NCBI RefSeq assembly: GCF_022045235.1
Contig: NW_027266308.1
Coordinates: 22,072,001 to 22,136,000, forward strand
Direction of reading: 5' to 3'
DNA: 64,000 nt
From: Haliotis cracherodii
Taxonomy: Eukaryota
Shown here: piece after piece, positions 62,297-64,000 of the stretch
Layout of the letters: each line of letters begins with the position of its first letter
Position numbering within the stretch: the first letter of the stretch is position 1
Notes under the pieces: model-generated
Database searches by the model: none
Told to the model about the DNA's origin: nothing
The model's input: the letters and a program-made list of their open reading frames with translations, nothing else
Made by a program: the position numbers and the translations under genes

Positions 62297-63029
62297 CTAA
62301 GTCAAGAAATAGTATATCAAACCAATAGTCATAAAATATATAAAAACTGAAAGTCATAAAAGTCAAACTACCTATCTATGCTGACCCTTCACGGCAGGAT
62401 ATTTTTGAAATATAGATATGCTACATTTACATGTTGGAATTCCCTTGCTCTTGCCCTTTCCAATCCCCAGCCTTCCCTTTATATCGAGCAATATTCCAAC
62501 AGTTCCTGACTTTCGTGTCTATATTTCACAACTTTTGAGGTACAATCGAGCATGCACATTATGTTCCCATTTTTCCGTGCGCATGTATTGCATAAAAGAT
62601 CAATGAATGACAACAGATCTGAAAAATATGCACATGTGTTTGATGATAAAGAGTTGAAAATAACGATGAAAAAAATTAGAAATTGTAAGTTTATATCCAG
62701 GAGGAAAACTGAGGATAATAAACAGTTTATCAAAGACATCAAGGTGCATTTCTGGAAAATACACTTTACGTTTAAACCAATTATATTTAATTATCATCCG
62801 TTGATTTGTCGTAGCATAGCCTTATCAACTATTCAATGGTCATTATGGCACTCTTCCTGAAGCGCAAGACCCGATGATGTCTGGTGGATTTTGACAGTGA
62901 CGAAGATGCCTGCCCATAATAACCTTAAATGACGGCATGCATTGTCAGCATGGAAGACAAAACGTCGACCAGCGTTTCTTGCAAGGTGTAGTCCTCCCAT
63001 GGACGAAGTCCAATGGCTTTATGTCCGAG

Positions 63030-63122
63030 ACCGCCTCTGTGGTCTAGTGGTAGAGCGTCCGCCCGGAGTGCGGAAGGTCCGGGGTTCTTTCCCCGGACGC
63101 GTCATACCAAACGACGTTAAAA
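63030..63122 (+). mobile_element. SINE family D head, truncated
   Basis: ccgcctctgtggtctagtggtagagcg..gtcataccaaacgacgttaaaa. Confidence 0.7.
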
Positions 63123-64000
63123 CACTGCAAACACGAAAACGTCGTTTTTTTCCGTATATGGTCATTGGACGGAAAAACGACTAAAAATTCATTAAAATTG
63201 ATTAATTGGTCAGCGTCTAGAAAGTGTCCAGAAAAGGGTCGAGTTTTTCAAGCGTAAAATGGACGGAAAAACGATGCTTTTTGCTCCGCCTTGTACAACT
63301 GTTAACGGCCAATCAGATGGCGCTGGTCCCCCGACGCACGTGATGTCCAAGGCTTCCTTTCGGAAGCTTTAGGTTTCGTATTTCTGGCATGCCTTGCTCT
63401 AGTATCTCTCGCGCGCAGTGCAGCGAGATTTGCTGATAAGCTAGTTTTAGGATATGTTACATGTTAATAGAATTCAGACACGCGCCAAGAAGTCAAACCA
63501 AACAATGTTACTAAGTTTATTGTGGTAACGGCTATGTACAGTTACCCCTATCGGATAATGGGTTGTGTTTCATTTGGTTATAACAATAACTAATTTTTTA
63601 ATGTGAAGTTTACAAGATATACGACTTGGACGCGAGGTCGGTCACATGACGTTCTTCACGTGACTGTATTCTTGAAAAGCCGTAAACACTGACTACTTCC
63701 ACATTCCTGGGGAAAACCCTTGGAATTCCCTGGTACGAATTCATACAGAAGCGTGGTTGCAAGCCCATTTAAGGATACCCTCGCTACAACCCATCCCAGA
63801 GAGAAAAAAAACACGAAAAAAAATCCAAACTGTCGCAGTGACAATTTACAGAAATCTACGAATTTACCTTAGTATCTATTTGACACATCTTCACAATCAC
63901 CTTTCAATGATCGGCCAATTGATCAGTGATGCCAAAGGCTTGAAATAGCCACAGGTTAATTAACAACTTCGAAAATATCTCCCGTCACGTTTATCGTGTC

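Overview
Eukaryotic (metazoan) genomic DNA, AT-rich, intron-rich and full of SINEs. The repeat types and gene content suggest a mollusc, probably a gastropod such as abalone (inference). Left to right: (1) 5' coding exons of a soluble adenylyl cyclase (ADCY10-like) on the minus strand, running off the left edge; (2) head-to-head with it, a complete 8-exon OTUB1 deubiquitinase gene (CDS 3853-14188, about 259 aa, all splice phases consistent); (3) three tandem SLC46/PCFT-like MFS transporter paralogs (one minus, two plus) with identical internal exon sizes of 84 and 157 nt; (4) exons of a divergent ionotropic glutamate receptor-like gene on the minus strand, with an in-frame TGA. Between these lie at least four SINE families, several MITEs, and decayed Tc1, Polinton/adintovirus-like, DIRS-like and LINE remnants, plus a 198-N gap. 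The most unusual signal is the minisatellites. Four are built from splice-site sequence on the sense strand of their host genes: about 29 copies of the OTUB1 exon-3 acceptor plus exon start, about 10 copies of the exon-7 acceptor, 39 copies of a TTGCAG|GTAAG zero-length-exon motif, and about 60 units mostly carrying a GTGAGT donor. Two more are amplified SINE modules. The long ORFs in the repeat arrays are judged artefacts.
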